Source: Octopus sinensis (taxonomy: Eukaryota). From it: DNA of 64,000 nt. This document shows positions 1-10,870 of this stretch, one piece after another (positions within the stretch are counted from its first letter, which is position 1; every line of letters begins with the position of its first letter). The stretch spans positions 558,001-622,000 of the forward strand of contig NW_021832226.1 of assembly GCF_006345805.1 (NCBI RefSeq), read 5' to 3'. The notes beneath the pieces were generated by a model, which did no database searches, was not told the DNA's origin, and saw only the letters and a list, made by a program, of their open reading frames with translations. The translations under genes were made by a program, and so were the position numbers.

Positions 1-1860
1 ATCATTCAAGGCGGCATGTCTGGGTATTCGGCCGGCACTGAGGCGACAAGAGAGGGGGTGTAGCCCTTTCCTGTCAATGTATTTCATCCCAGTTCTTTTG
101 AACTGAGGGGACGTCCGGGATTTTAAGCCCACGAGAAATCCGCATGTTGACACCTGCCGCGTATTCTAACAACTCGGGCTGTTCAGAGAAGGTGAATAGA
201 ACAGATTTGACGAAACTAGCGGAAGCAGACAACGAGGAAAAGTAACATAGGAAAGATAAATCTCCACATGAACGAATACCGATGCCCCCGTAACGAATAG
301 GTAGATTAACCCGTCGCATGTCTGAAGGTTTGAATTTGATATTTACACGTAGCTCAAGAGCTTTGGAGACGATGTTGTCGAGACGAGATAAGTGATTTTG
401 TTCGAGAAAGCAGGGCGATGAGCGCATGAGATGAGTTAGCTTCCGAATAAAGAAATAGTTCTTGAGCAAGAAAAGGCCCAAATGGGATTCAAGTTTGGGA
501 ATGCGGGAGATTAGAGTTTCCAATTCTTCGAGCCTGTTACATTAAGCCTTCTTAGCAGCTTTGCTATTGATTGGGGAACCCAGGATGATAAGGTCATCAA
601 GCTGGCTGATGCACAGGTCTTCAATATGGTGAGATAAGTGGAAAAAATAAGTTTGAATTTTGAAGGGCTCGCAGACAAACATATCAGCTCGGATTTGGAT
701 CTATTCAAAGCGAGCCCAATGGACGCAAAACCAGAAATAACTTTTTCTACATCATTCTTGACGATCTCCAAAGCCCCACCAAGAGTAACATCATCGAGGT
801 ACCAAATGTTGACCTCAGAGTACAATTGGCAAGCAATGTGATCAACACTCAGTGAGAATAAAAGAGGCCCAAGAGAATCGCCTTGTTGAATACAAGTTTC
901 GGACATAATAACATTGTCGGCAAACAAGAGACAGCTGGGGGAAGAGACGATCGGATATAAGGCAGGGAAACGACTTCGGACAGTTTCAAAGATATGATCG
1001 TGCCTAATCGAGTTGAACGCGTTTTTGACATCAACTTTAAAGAGGAATGGTATTTCATTACATTTTGCAGAAGTCAGCTGCCGTATGCCATGGGCGGGTG
1101 CTTCGCAAGCTCTTTTTACGCCCATGCCCAGTTGAATTGGCATAAGGTTAGCACTTGCTTCCGGAACCACTGATTGACAAATAATTTTAGCGGCAATTGG
1201 GCGAGGGAGCCTTTCAGCAGCATGAAGGGAAAAATAGCTGATCTCGAATTCTGAATTGTTGAAAAACTCGAAGTTTGTTTTAATTTGCTGCGAAACGGAC
1301 AATCGGTCACCACGAAGAGGGCCGTTTGAAGAGCTGCCCAGACAGACGGGAACAAATGAAAGAAACTTGCACCAATCGCACCAAGAATTCGAGGCCAGAG
1401 CCCGCTCAATAACTAAAGCTAGGGAATTAGCCGATTTAGGAATGCGTGACGGGATAGACTTCGATTTCCGGAAATGAGACAAGAGTACAAGAAATTCAAG
1501 AGCCTTGGAACAAGACCGGTCCTTAGATATTTTGGGAGGAGTCGGGGCATCGATGTACAGGGGAATAGAAGAGCAGCAAAAACATTTCCAATTTGGGATG
1601 CTTGCCGAGCCGATCTTCGATAAGCCGACACAAAAGAGATGGAAGTAGAGTTGGCACGAAGAACAATACCTTCCCTTTTTCCGAGGACACGTAAGTCTGC
1701 AATTGCTGCAGGAAGACATAGGATTAGATAAGTCGAACCACAACCATGATTTCCTCTGCTGGAATGTTCCTGGACAACAAATCCGTCCTCATTGGTTTGT
1801 GTCTTCGCCTTGGGATTGAGAAAAGGATGCAAGTGAATACTGTAGATCAAAATACTCCTA
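1..1860 (-). mobile_element. CRE-like (REL-type) non-LTR retrotransposon with N-terminal PHD finger; internally deleted and frameshifted; runs off window start
   Basis: ORF 511-1743: C4HC3 PHD (CSNC..CSSC..HLFC..WKCFCC), RT motifs RPIA, KVDVKNAFNS, QQGDSLGPLLFSL, WYLDD. ORF 74-523 has LPIRYGGIGI. Bases 1-60 encode HPLSCRLSAGRIPRHAALND (CRE CCHC region). Confidence 0.85.
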
Positions 1861-1925
1861 AATATATCATTAAAATATTTATTTATATTATCACTATGGC
1901 TATATAATTTATTTTTGTTATAAAA

Positions 1926-2463
1926 ATGATAAATTCGAACATTCAAAAAACGCCACTAGTACTTCTAATCGGACTAGACGGCTCAGGCAAGACAACACTC
2001 ATGAAAAATCTTGTACCTTCAATCGAAAAAAAACCAACAGTAGTGTTATCAGAATATCAATTTACCTACAAAACCCGATTTATTACTGTAGTAGAAATTT
2101 CAGGTCAAGGAAGGTGTCCATTAATATTTGTATACTAGGTGTCGTTACTTGTGGAAAAATTTCATAGATGAGTGCAAAGGGGTCATTTTCCTCGTTGACT
2201 GTTCTCAAATGGACCGTTTGGAAGTGGCCTACCAAGAATTCAAAGACTTGGTTGAAAACTCGCAATCTGAAGAAATAAAACATGTTCCTTTCGTAGTGGC
2301 GGTAAATAGAGCTAACGAAGAAAAGCTGAGACAAATTAAATCTCTTTTTAGTAGTGAGGAATTAAAAGTTAAACCTACTATTTTTGTCGTCGACTGTGAA
2401 AATGGAAATGGAGTAGATTATGTATTTAATATAATTTTAAATTCAATAAAAAATGTTAATTAA
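1926..2463 (+). CDS. ARL6: ARF-like small GTPase, ARL6/BBS3-like; one 25-nt intron (2114-2138)
   Basis: Spliced product has LIGLDGSGKTT and EISGQGR|CRYLW (cf. ARL6 DMSGQGRYRNLW), VIFLVDCS, VPFVVAVN. The intron joins ORFs 1926 and 2128 in frame. Confidence 0.7.
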
Positions 2464-2493
2464 TTATATAAATATTCTTCACGTTTACTGCGA

Positions 2494-2829
2494 ATGGTTT
2501 GTTGTGGTGTGCTCTATTATTTAATAGGCAAAAACTAAGAAAGTAGGAATTTGTGGCAAGTACGGAGTTCGCTATGGAGCTTCGTTAAGAAAGTCAATCA
2601 AAAAAATAGAGGAGTCTCAGCATGCGAGATATCCTTGTCCGTTCTGTGGCACAACCGCCGTAAAACGCAAGGCAGTTGGAATCTGGGGCTGTAAAAAGTG
2701 CAAACGCGTGATTGCTGGTGGTGCCTGGAGTCTTAGGTGACATATAATTAATTACTTATATTTAGCACTTCCTCCGCTGTCACAGTGCGGAGTACTATTA
2801 GAAGACTGAGGGAGGTCCGAACTGATTAA
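2494..2829 (+). CDS. RPL37A: 60S ribosomal protein eL43 (L37a); introns of 31 nt (2497-2527) and 29 nt
   Basis: M|[22 protein letters not shown]...CPFCG...GIWGCKKC...GGAWSLS|[16 protein letters not shown]. Confidence 0.97.
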
Positions 2830-3359
2830 TGATTCATTTTCTTGTTATTTTTGGTCCTTATTCTTTCTAATTTATTTCATATTTTTTATCAAACAATTAA
2901 ACAGTTATGTGATAAATAATGATCTATCGTTTTATTTAATATATGTTAGAGAAGAATTATACTAGCTAGAAACGTTGTCTCTTTTTCGAAAACTAATGTT
3001 TTTACTTCTTATTGAACAAAGGAAGAAACTTCTTTGCTAACAAAATACAATTCTTCTCTTGACTATAAGCTGATTTTAGCTCTAACAACTTTGCCTAAAA
3101 ACTAAATATTTTTCAATGGTGCCACAAACCGAGTTCGTACTGTATTATTGCATAGAAGAAAACAAAAGTCTGGTGATGGAGCGGATAGCCTGTATTTTTT
3201 ATTTTATTTTTAGCGAAAAAATATCAACGATCTAAGACTTCAAAAACAAAAATTAAATTTTAATGATCCTACTTTCTCTAATAGGAAAAGATTATCTATT
3301 CTAAAATTTTCTGTTATTAACACTGAAATCTTAACATGAATGTAATGCATTTAACTTCT

Positions 3360-3660
3360 AGGTGGATTTCTGGATGATTAAGCAATTTTATTGAAAGCAA
3401 AGAATATTGCTAACATTCATGGAATTCAAAAGTTTACATAGTTGGCCAATCAAGTTCAAGAAACGTATCAATTTTAAGTAAAGTAGCTTAGATTAAAAAT
3501 GGGTAACTACTGGAGTTAAAGAAAGAAATGGAAAAGTTCATATCATTGATCGTTACAAATATTCAAAAGTACACATTAGAAAATGTCTATAACACTGATG
3601 AAAGTGGAATTTTCTACACATCTATCCCTTCGAAAAATGTTTTTTCGTCGGTCCCAAAAA
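3360..3660 (+). mobile_element. Degenerate Tigger/pogo transposase fragment
   Basis: LENVYNTDESGIFYTSIPSK resembles the pogo IFNxDETGLFWK motif; many stops. Confidence 0.55.
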
Positions 3661-4132
3661 TAACGAGCAAGAGAGGTCATTTTTTCAATGTGATTGTTTT
3701 TGACTGAATTTAACCAATCTTTCTATGTACGATTTATAGAATTTGATCGTCGCCCCATCTCATCATCAAACTCTAGTTAAAAAAGCAAGTTAGATAATAA
3801 CACAAAGTTCACTATCACGTCTAAAGCAGGAAATGATTATCAATCCCAAGCGCTGTGTAAAAAAGAAACCAATGGGGCTTGCGGAACACAATAATTCATA
3901 CGTCACAGTTTGAAAGTTCGATGTTTCATTCAGATGAAATTTAAAGGAGTAAGTTCGCAAAGGCTGGTGGTGGATAGACAATAATTGATCAAATTGACGC
4001 ATAATAGGCAATCATGAGTTTTGAAACGTGAATTACACATGGTCTTACATCAAGGAGATTGTATTTGTACGGTTTTTCTACTTTCACCAACTTCTAAAAG
4101 TGTGGTAATCTACACTTCGATATTTAAAGAAT

Positions 4133-4866
4133 TTATTCAAAATCATTTACGTTTAGCAGGATTAATATCAACGAATTTTTTACCTTCTCTACTAAACTAT
4201 TAAAGATAAACGACCCGTGTCCTGCAGTTTGAACTCTCCTGCTTTCGAGAGCATTGTTATTGTAGAGGTGTTTGTAGATCGCAGTAATGTCCTTCGTCTC
4301 ACGGATGTCATGCTTTGCATCTTCTTTCTCCTGAGAACTCACTTTTTCTTCGTGTCTTCTCATTTCCTCCAATCGACGTTTATACCCAGAGGTGACAAAT
4401 GATTCCTTATTCTAAAAATGTACATAACTTAATAGATACCTTGTATTCTTGTGATTCTTTCTCAAGTTCTTTTTGGAACTTCCTTTCCATCCTCCGATCA
4501 TCCTCGATCTTCCTTTCTGCAGCAACTTCCAAGATTCTATGCATGTATTTTACGGGACGGTTTTTTGGAGTTATTTTTGGAACATCCTTTTTTATTTGGT
4601 CGTATATTTCATCGTATTCGAACACACTGGGATTCTCTCTGAGAGCGTTTTCTATATTGAATTGAGACTAAGTGTGTTTGGCTAATTATTTCTTACTTCT
4701 CGTGATATAAAGTGATTTGTGGTTCTACTTATCTTCGGTTGTTTAGTTGATTCTTCCTCGTCAAATATTGAGACTTTTGATTTGTTTAGAGTCTTCTTTT
4801 TCGGGATTATCAATCCATATACTCTAATTAAATAACACCACAACAAGACAACCTCTGATCAGTCAT
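4133..4866 (-). CDS. NSRP1: Nuclear speckle splicing regulatory protein 1 (CCDC55-like), with micro-introns; 3' end approximate
   Basis: MTDQR|VYGLIIPKK...ENPSVFEYDEIYD...KYMHRILEVAAERKIEDDRRMERKFQKE..|NKESFVTSGYKRRLEE; 28-29 nt introns restore the frame. Confidence 0.85.
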
Positions 4867-5027
4867 TATCAGTAATTTATTTTTATTAATTTTATTTAAA
4901 ATACAATTAATATTTAAATTATTTTGAACTTTTATTAAAATTAATGGATTGTAGATTTTATTTTCTTTGAAAGGAATGCTCTAGAAAGCTTATTTCAGCA
5001 GTCACTCTATTCACGAAAAATAGGAAG

Positions 5028-6800
5028 ATGGGGACGAAAACTATTGATGCCACGTTGAACGGAATTCCAATACCACAAAAGAAAACACAGAAGATATTCG
5101 GAGTAACGTTTGATACTTTCCTCTGTTTTTCACCTCACGTAGAATCGATCGTATCAACCTGTATAAAGAAGATCAATTTTGTAAAGGCCTTCCTTTGGAA
5201 CTGTGGGAGAACTTATCCGCCAGGGGTAGAGACCCTTTACAAGCAGTATATCGAGCCAACAATAGGCTATGCATGTGCTGCTTGGGGCTGTAACCTGGCG
5301 GCAACGAACCGGCTAAAAATCGAAAAAATTCAAGAAAGATCTATCAGTCTACTGAAGGACCATACCGATAGGGAAATTGAACAATAGAACACTGGAGTCT
5401 CTCGTAGATGCAAATGGGGGGGGATCGTGGAAATGGACCACAATTCATTCACCGTACATACAGAAAGTGTGTGGGGTCACGGTCGGAACATCGTGAAAAG
5501 ATGGCTCGACTGTTGAGAAGTGTCGGAATCACCTGAACGTGTTAGTTAATGGTTAAGACGGTGATTTTGTTTGGCTTAAATAATAATAATTTGAGGTGAT
5601 GCCAAATAAACTTGCCGAGTGGTTTCTTACTGTAAATGTGGAGAAAACAGAATTTATTGAACTTGTCAGACAAAGGTCTATGCTGGACGAACACTGGAGA
5701 AAATACGGCTGATTAAGAAACCTGGAAAGCCGACGAATCGAGCTATTAGCTACCGTCAAATAAGCCTTATCCCAACCATCTCAAGGCTAATGGAACAAAT
5801 CATGGCAAACCGCGTCGATTTTCTGGCCGAAAAGAAAAACGTTCTGCCTACGCAGCAATGGGGTTTCCGCTCGGCAGTGACTGTTTCCTGACGTTGCAGT
5901 CCTCAGTCTTGAGAGCAATGCAATTTAAAGAAATTCTATCGAAGGTTTTCGACAGCGTATGGCATCAAAACCTGCTGGATAGGATCCAACTCTATAAACC
6001 ACCGGAAGAGGTGTTTCTCTGGCTACAGTGCTTCCTCTCAAACCGTTACTCTTTCGTTTCCGAATCAGGCTATCGCTCCAGGAACATCACACTCTTCAGG
6101 GGGGTGCAATAAGAGTCTTGCCTCAGTCTACTTCTCTTCAATTTGGTAATGAGCAGTTTCCCTTAGCCCCCGACCCCCGGACAACTTTGATTTTAGATGC
6201 AGATGAAGTTCTCGTCCTTGACACCTCAAAGGACGCAAAGACCTCAAAAAGAAAGCTTTCCACCTATATTAAGGTGATAAAGGAGTGTTGCGCAAGCAAG
6301 CGGCTCTCGCTAGCCCACAAATCAACACGAAAAAGTCACCAGATCATAGTCCCGGACCCTAGCTGAAATTGACCGCCCCAGCTGTATACGCCACCTGGGG
6401 CTTAAAATTGACGCTAACCCGGGTTACTGTCTGCATGTCGAGAAAAAGAGAGCGAAAGCTATTGCAGCTCTCCGCCTCTTAAGAAGAATGCATCTGGACG
6501 CAAGGACGGGATAAAAGCGTGATACTACTCGAAAGATCTCTAGAAAATTAACAGTAAATGCGAAAAAATCGGGCGCTATGCTCTGAAGCTAGCTTATAGG
6601 CTTAACTCACGAGGTCCGGTCCCAAGCTGGACGGAGACCAAGTCCCTGGAGATACAGTAGGTCATTGTGAAATTTACCCGGTTTTTCCAAGACGATCTCA
6701 AGTGACCGACCTATTTATCGATTGGGATTGGTAACCGCCTAGCTTGCTCCAGACAGGAAATAGACGTTTCCTCAAAAGAGTTCGACTGCCTAGAGCAGTC
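5028..6800 (+). mobile_element. Decayed APE-type LINE reverse transcriptase fragments (at least two pieces)
   Basis: KIFGVTFD..FSPHV, YKQYIEPTIGYACAAW, QWGFR, LSKVFDSVWHQNLL; multiple frameshifts. Confidence 0.75.
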
Positions 6801-7479
6801 GTCTCGTTGTATCGAACGTCAAAAATTTCTGTCACTGTCTTTGTTTTTACAATAAAATTCTGTCTGTCTGTCCCATCTTCCTGTTTATTCTTTTATGATA
6901 CGGAGAATCCAAATTAACTGTTTGGGAAATTTTTTTTTTTTGGGAAATTAAAGTAGAATTTATCTTTCGTTGAATTTAAAACATTCACTTTATGTTTCGG
7001 GACTGTATTGATCTTCTGAGTATACTTTGGTATTTTCTACTACAGTATAGAATCCAAAATCTCTCAATATCTCGCGAACCAGCTAACGCATGCGATAAGT
7101 TAAAACAGACAATTCACCGTAGATGTGAGAAACGTTCGATTATATAAAAAACAACCTCTCTTATGTATTTTATCCACTCTTTTTTGTTATCCAAACTAAT
7201 GCATTTTCATAAACTCCTTGTGATTCTTTAAATTTTTAAATTTTTGGTGGACCAGGCTTCTGGGAGCGTGGCGATTCTGATAAAGACATAATTCCCTTTT
7301 CTTTTTCTTAGATCAAGAATATTGTAATATAAGTAAAGTTTTCTTTCAATTTGATTTAAACTATGTAAATTTTTTTGATGTTAAATAATAAATTGTAATA
7401 AAAAGGTAGATGATTACTTAGTTCGGTAAAAAAATTTTTTGAACAGAGCGAAAACCTGAAGGCAGACCGAGAGGGAAAA

Positions 7480-8090
7480 ACAAGCTTAGCTATGGTATGA
7501 GCTTTATCTCGATTAGGCATGAGCATTATCTCGAGTCATATGCCTTGAGTTGAGAATGAGAGAAGAGGCTTTTTCATTCTAGACTGGAACCCAAGGGTTT
7601 TTTCATCTCCTGTAAAGTCTAAAAGGTCATCGATATATTGATATCCAACTCCGAGATCCATAACAGCTCTTTGGAAATGTTTTGGGTCTTTAATATTGAG
7701 TTTTGCGACCACGGCACGAAATTCTAAAAACAGAAGTAGAGCCGCTGTTTTTTAGAAAACATGAGTTTGAGGGTTTCAGAATTAATAAATTTTCCATCAT
7801 AAAGTATGTCGATTACTTGACCACTAATCTTGCCATCACCGCCTCCACGACTTGAAAGGAGACGAGTTAGGCTGAGTTTTTTCAGATGAATTTCAACAAT
7901 TCGTGAAATAACATCCTCCAAGTGCTCATCCGTCAGTCTACTTTCAAAATGCACCAAATCATTTTTGACTTATTTTGTCCCAATAATTTATTATAGCTTT
8001 TTCTTCAAGCATCTTCCACGTATTGCCAACAATTGCAATTCCTTGTTTAAGTGAAATGTTTTTTCAATTTAGAAGGAGTGAACTATCATC
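7480..8090 (-). pseudogene. ispA: Bacterial-type short-chain polyprenyl diphosphate synthase (IspA/CrtE/GGPPS) pseudogene
   Basis: Collinear motifs GDGKISGQVIDI..GK, (frameshift) KTAALL, LGVGYQYIDDLLDFTGDEKTLG, (frameshift) NEKASSLIL. No introns; stops upstream. Confidence 0.7.
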
Positions 8091-8167
8091 CTTAAAAGTC
8101 AATTTATAATTCATTAGATAATCTTTATTAACTGATTTGGAAATCAATGTAATTAAATGTGATGAAG

Positions 8168-8461
8168 TTAGTTAGAGGACTTCCCCGCTTCGTAGATGGA
8201 GAAACAGTTTTCTCGTACGATGGCAAGGGAAATCCTCTGAAGGAGCCAGCCCGTCTCGCGTGTGTCATTTCTCTTCAGAGAGATCAGACGTCCGAGCTTA
8301 TAGAGGAAAGTCAAAGACTTTTCCCCAATGACCCCTGAAGTCTCGACAGCAACAGGGGCGAATAGATATCGCTCCGAGAGTTCTCTATATTTCGCAATCT
8401 TAAGCTTTTCTGTTCTAAGGGACACCGAACCGGCTGCGACGGCTGACAAGGGAAGATTCAT
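8168..8461 (-). mobile_element. 5'-truncated CRE-like retroelement, REL 3' end
   Basis: KYRELSERYLFAPVAVETSGVIG...WLLQRISLAIVREN. Confidence 0.8.
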
Positions 8462-8479
8462 TAGATTATTATAATAATA

Positions 8480-9130
8480 AAATAAAGAAAACTGGGAAAC
8501 TAAAGTCTCATTCAGTACAGTCTAGTTTATCGACTCGAAATGTCGAGATAAGAGTAGATACACCAATATTGACTGATACGCAAGTTCAGTTCAATAAGCC
8601 AGATATCTTTATCTATGACAGATTGAAGAACGAGATCACCATAATTGAGGTGGGGATTACATCGCAGGAGAGACTCAAACAAACCGAAGTTGAGAAACTG
8701 CATAAGTACGATTTGCTAAAGATGCTTTACGGGGCACCAGTCCGAATTATTCCGATTGTGCTGACGTGGGACGGGGTGGTTTCAACGTGTTACAAAGCCT
8801 ATATGGAGAAGTTATCCGTTGAAGGCCCGACAAGAACGTACATTCAGGGACTTGTCATGAAGAAGACATTGGAGGCAATTGTGGTAGAACATAGGCATGG
8901 AATCCATACGTCTCAAGAGGAACTCATTACGGCAACCAGTCAGTTGGCTGAAGTGGCAAATCAATCTTGCGAGGACCCTTCGGATGAAGCAAACGGGAAA
9001 ATCTTGTGTTCGGAGAATGAAAGTGCTGATGGTGCGTTGGTGGAAAGCTCTCCCAAGAGGAGATAAATTCCAGGAGACGAGGATTGTTGAGCTAACGTGA
9101 TTATGAACACATTTTCCATTGAAACTTAGA
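8480..9130 (+). mobile_element. 5'-truncated R4/Dong-like retroelement, REL endonuclease and 3' end
   Basis: NKPDIFIYD..EITIIEVGITSQERL..EKLHKYDLL (PD-(D/E)xK REL), IIPIVLTWDG. Confidence 0.8.
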
Positions 9131-9429
9131 ATAACATTTGTTTAATAAAGTTTTTTTTTATAATAATAAGATTTAGAGGATTTTATAATTCTAGTGGTTG
9201 AATTCTCAACGTTGTATTTTTCGGTAAAAAAACAAAATAACTAAATAATTTACCCAACCTTTACTCATTTTGTACTTTTTAGCAGTTTCACGTTGCGATA
9301 AGAAATTTTCGGCCAAATCTTTAATAATTTTAGATTTTATATCTTTAATGAAAGAGTCTATACAAGAAATAAACTAATATGCTAATAAAAATAATTTGAC
9401 AAAAATGCCTTAAAATTAAAAAAAATATA

Positions 9430-9920
9430 AGGGTGCCATAACAACTCCTCACAAAATGAGGGTGCTCCAAAAACGTGGTTTTTCTTGGCTGGGTTTTAGG
9501 ACCAGCTCATAGGAAATACTATAAGCGAGTGAACATCTTCCATTAGAATTAGGGTCGATATCCTGTTTTCCGAATTTAAGATTTTTTCTGTTTCAGCCAT
9601 GAAGCGGAAAGGTGGAAAGACAATTATTTGTGCATCGGTGTTTTAGCCTATTGAGCGAGTCCATAGGAGTCTCCAACATGATCTGCATGGGGTAGGATGC
9701 GAGCGTTTTTGAGATTTTAAGAAAATTAATTCTGTCGATGAGAGGTTTTAAACGTTCACAGCGCTCTTTTGTGTAATGACAAAGGGGATTATCAACATGA
9801 ATATTTTTTAAGTTTATCGTAGAGAGCAGTCATAGTGTATCCAGGTAGCTTTGTAAGACTAATGTAGTATTGAGTTTATCTACATACCGGACTCGTTTTT
9901 TTCTTTTGACGTTGCCTTCA
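9430..9920 (-). pseudogene. Unassigned intronless coding remnant inside the bacterial-like block
   Basis: Frame of about 170 codons with few stops (QQAERVMIEGNVK...RLKPLIDRINFL...QDIDPNSNGRCSLAYSIS), co-oriented with its neighbours. Confidence 0.3.
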
Positions 9921-9924
9921 ATCA

Positions 9925-10208
9925 TAACGCGTTCGGCTTGTTGAAGAGAGTATGCTGTTGATTGAGAAAAGGACGAGATTCACTTTTTTGGATAAATTTC
10001 ATAATTTCTGCAACGTCATTCATGACTCCTGTAGATCTCATAAAAGTCTGGTTGAAGGCTTTTTTGGATAAAGTCCCAAATTAAAATCGACAAGAGGTAT
10101 TTTTGAGATGATTTCCCTTAAAAGACCATTTGGACCAACTAGCTAATCTTGACCGACAACGGTCGCAAATTCAGCAAGTCTCAGTTCTTCTGCTAGTGGA
10201 ATCGACAT
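9925..10208 (-). pseudogene. rarA: Bacterial replication-associated recombination protein RarA/MgsA (AAA+) pseudogene, N-terminal part
   Basis: MSIPLAEELRLAEFATVVGQD*LVGPNGLLREIISKIP / LSILIW / Walker A deleted / KAFNQTFMRSTGVMNDVAEIMKFIQ; cf. RarA PLAERLRP..VVGQ.HL.GP. Confidence 0.7.
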
Positions 10209-10214
10209 GCAGTG

Positions 10215-10720
10215 AATTTTAGCATTACGTAATCTTTTTGTTTGCAACATGTTCGTCTTACGGAATTGATAGATAATTAGATGAATGGCCATCATTGCAA
10301 CAAGTCCGATAATTAAAAAGCCAACGTAAATGACTAAATTTCCTGTATCTAATTGTGCTGGAGGGATGAATCCAATGGCTATGGTAAAGAGAAAGGTAAG
10401 TAGACCGACGTTTTGCGACAACTCATATCCCTTTATTTGGGGGAGGGATCCAATAAATGTGTGGCACGTGAGGGTGAGAGTAGCAGAGGCGAATAGCTGA
10501 AATGGACATTAAAATGTACATGACTAGATACATTTGAGCAGAAAAGATGCAAAAGCAGTACTTACGTTTGGCATGAAGTTAATAACGAAAGATGCGATCG
10601 TGACTTTTACTTCACCTGCATAGGCAGTAGAAAATTCTAAACCAGCAAAGGCTAAGAAAAGGCCAGCTAAAAAGATCAGACTGTTCCTGCTCTGGCAAAA
10701 ATGGGGATGATAGTCAACAC
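10215..10720 (-). pseudogene. Bacterial APC-family amino-acid permease (GadC-like) pseudogene
   Basis: LIFLAGLFLAFAGLEFSTAYAGEVK / large deletion / VTIASFVINFMPNVSTAF / AQMYLVMYILMSISAIRLCYSHP..WIP / IAIGFIPPAQLDTGNL.IYVGFLIIG..IIYQFRK; at least 2 frameshifts and 1 stop. Confidence 0.72.
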
Positions 10721-10870
10721 CTAAAAAACTGAGATCATAAATATCTCAGTCCCAACACAAGACTTTGGCTTTGTAATAGAAAATATTTTGGAAATCTTGG
10801 CAGGGAAAAAACCAACTATCTCAAGCTAAGAGTTTCGAAATGTCCCATTTTCCTAAAAGCCTCTCTTTAC

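Noticed and set aside
7441-7500. Plus-strand ADREGKTS resembling the IspA D..GK.T motif, suggesting an inversion
   Set aside because: The spacing is wrong, and the minus strand already supplies a C-terminal match (NEKASSLIL) in the expected orientation.
7725-7762. Micro-intron explanation for the IspA frameshift (TTTTAG acceptor-like)
   Set aside because: The available GT donor gives the wrong phase and would delete the conserved KT motif.
9640-9710. HADHVGD as a metallo-beta-lactamase motif
   Set aside because: Short match in a frame closed by stops; it lacks the HxHxDH spacing.
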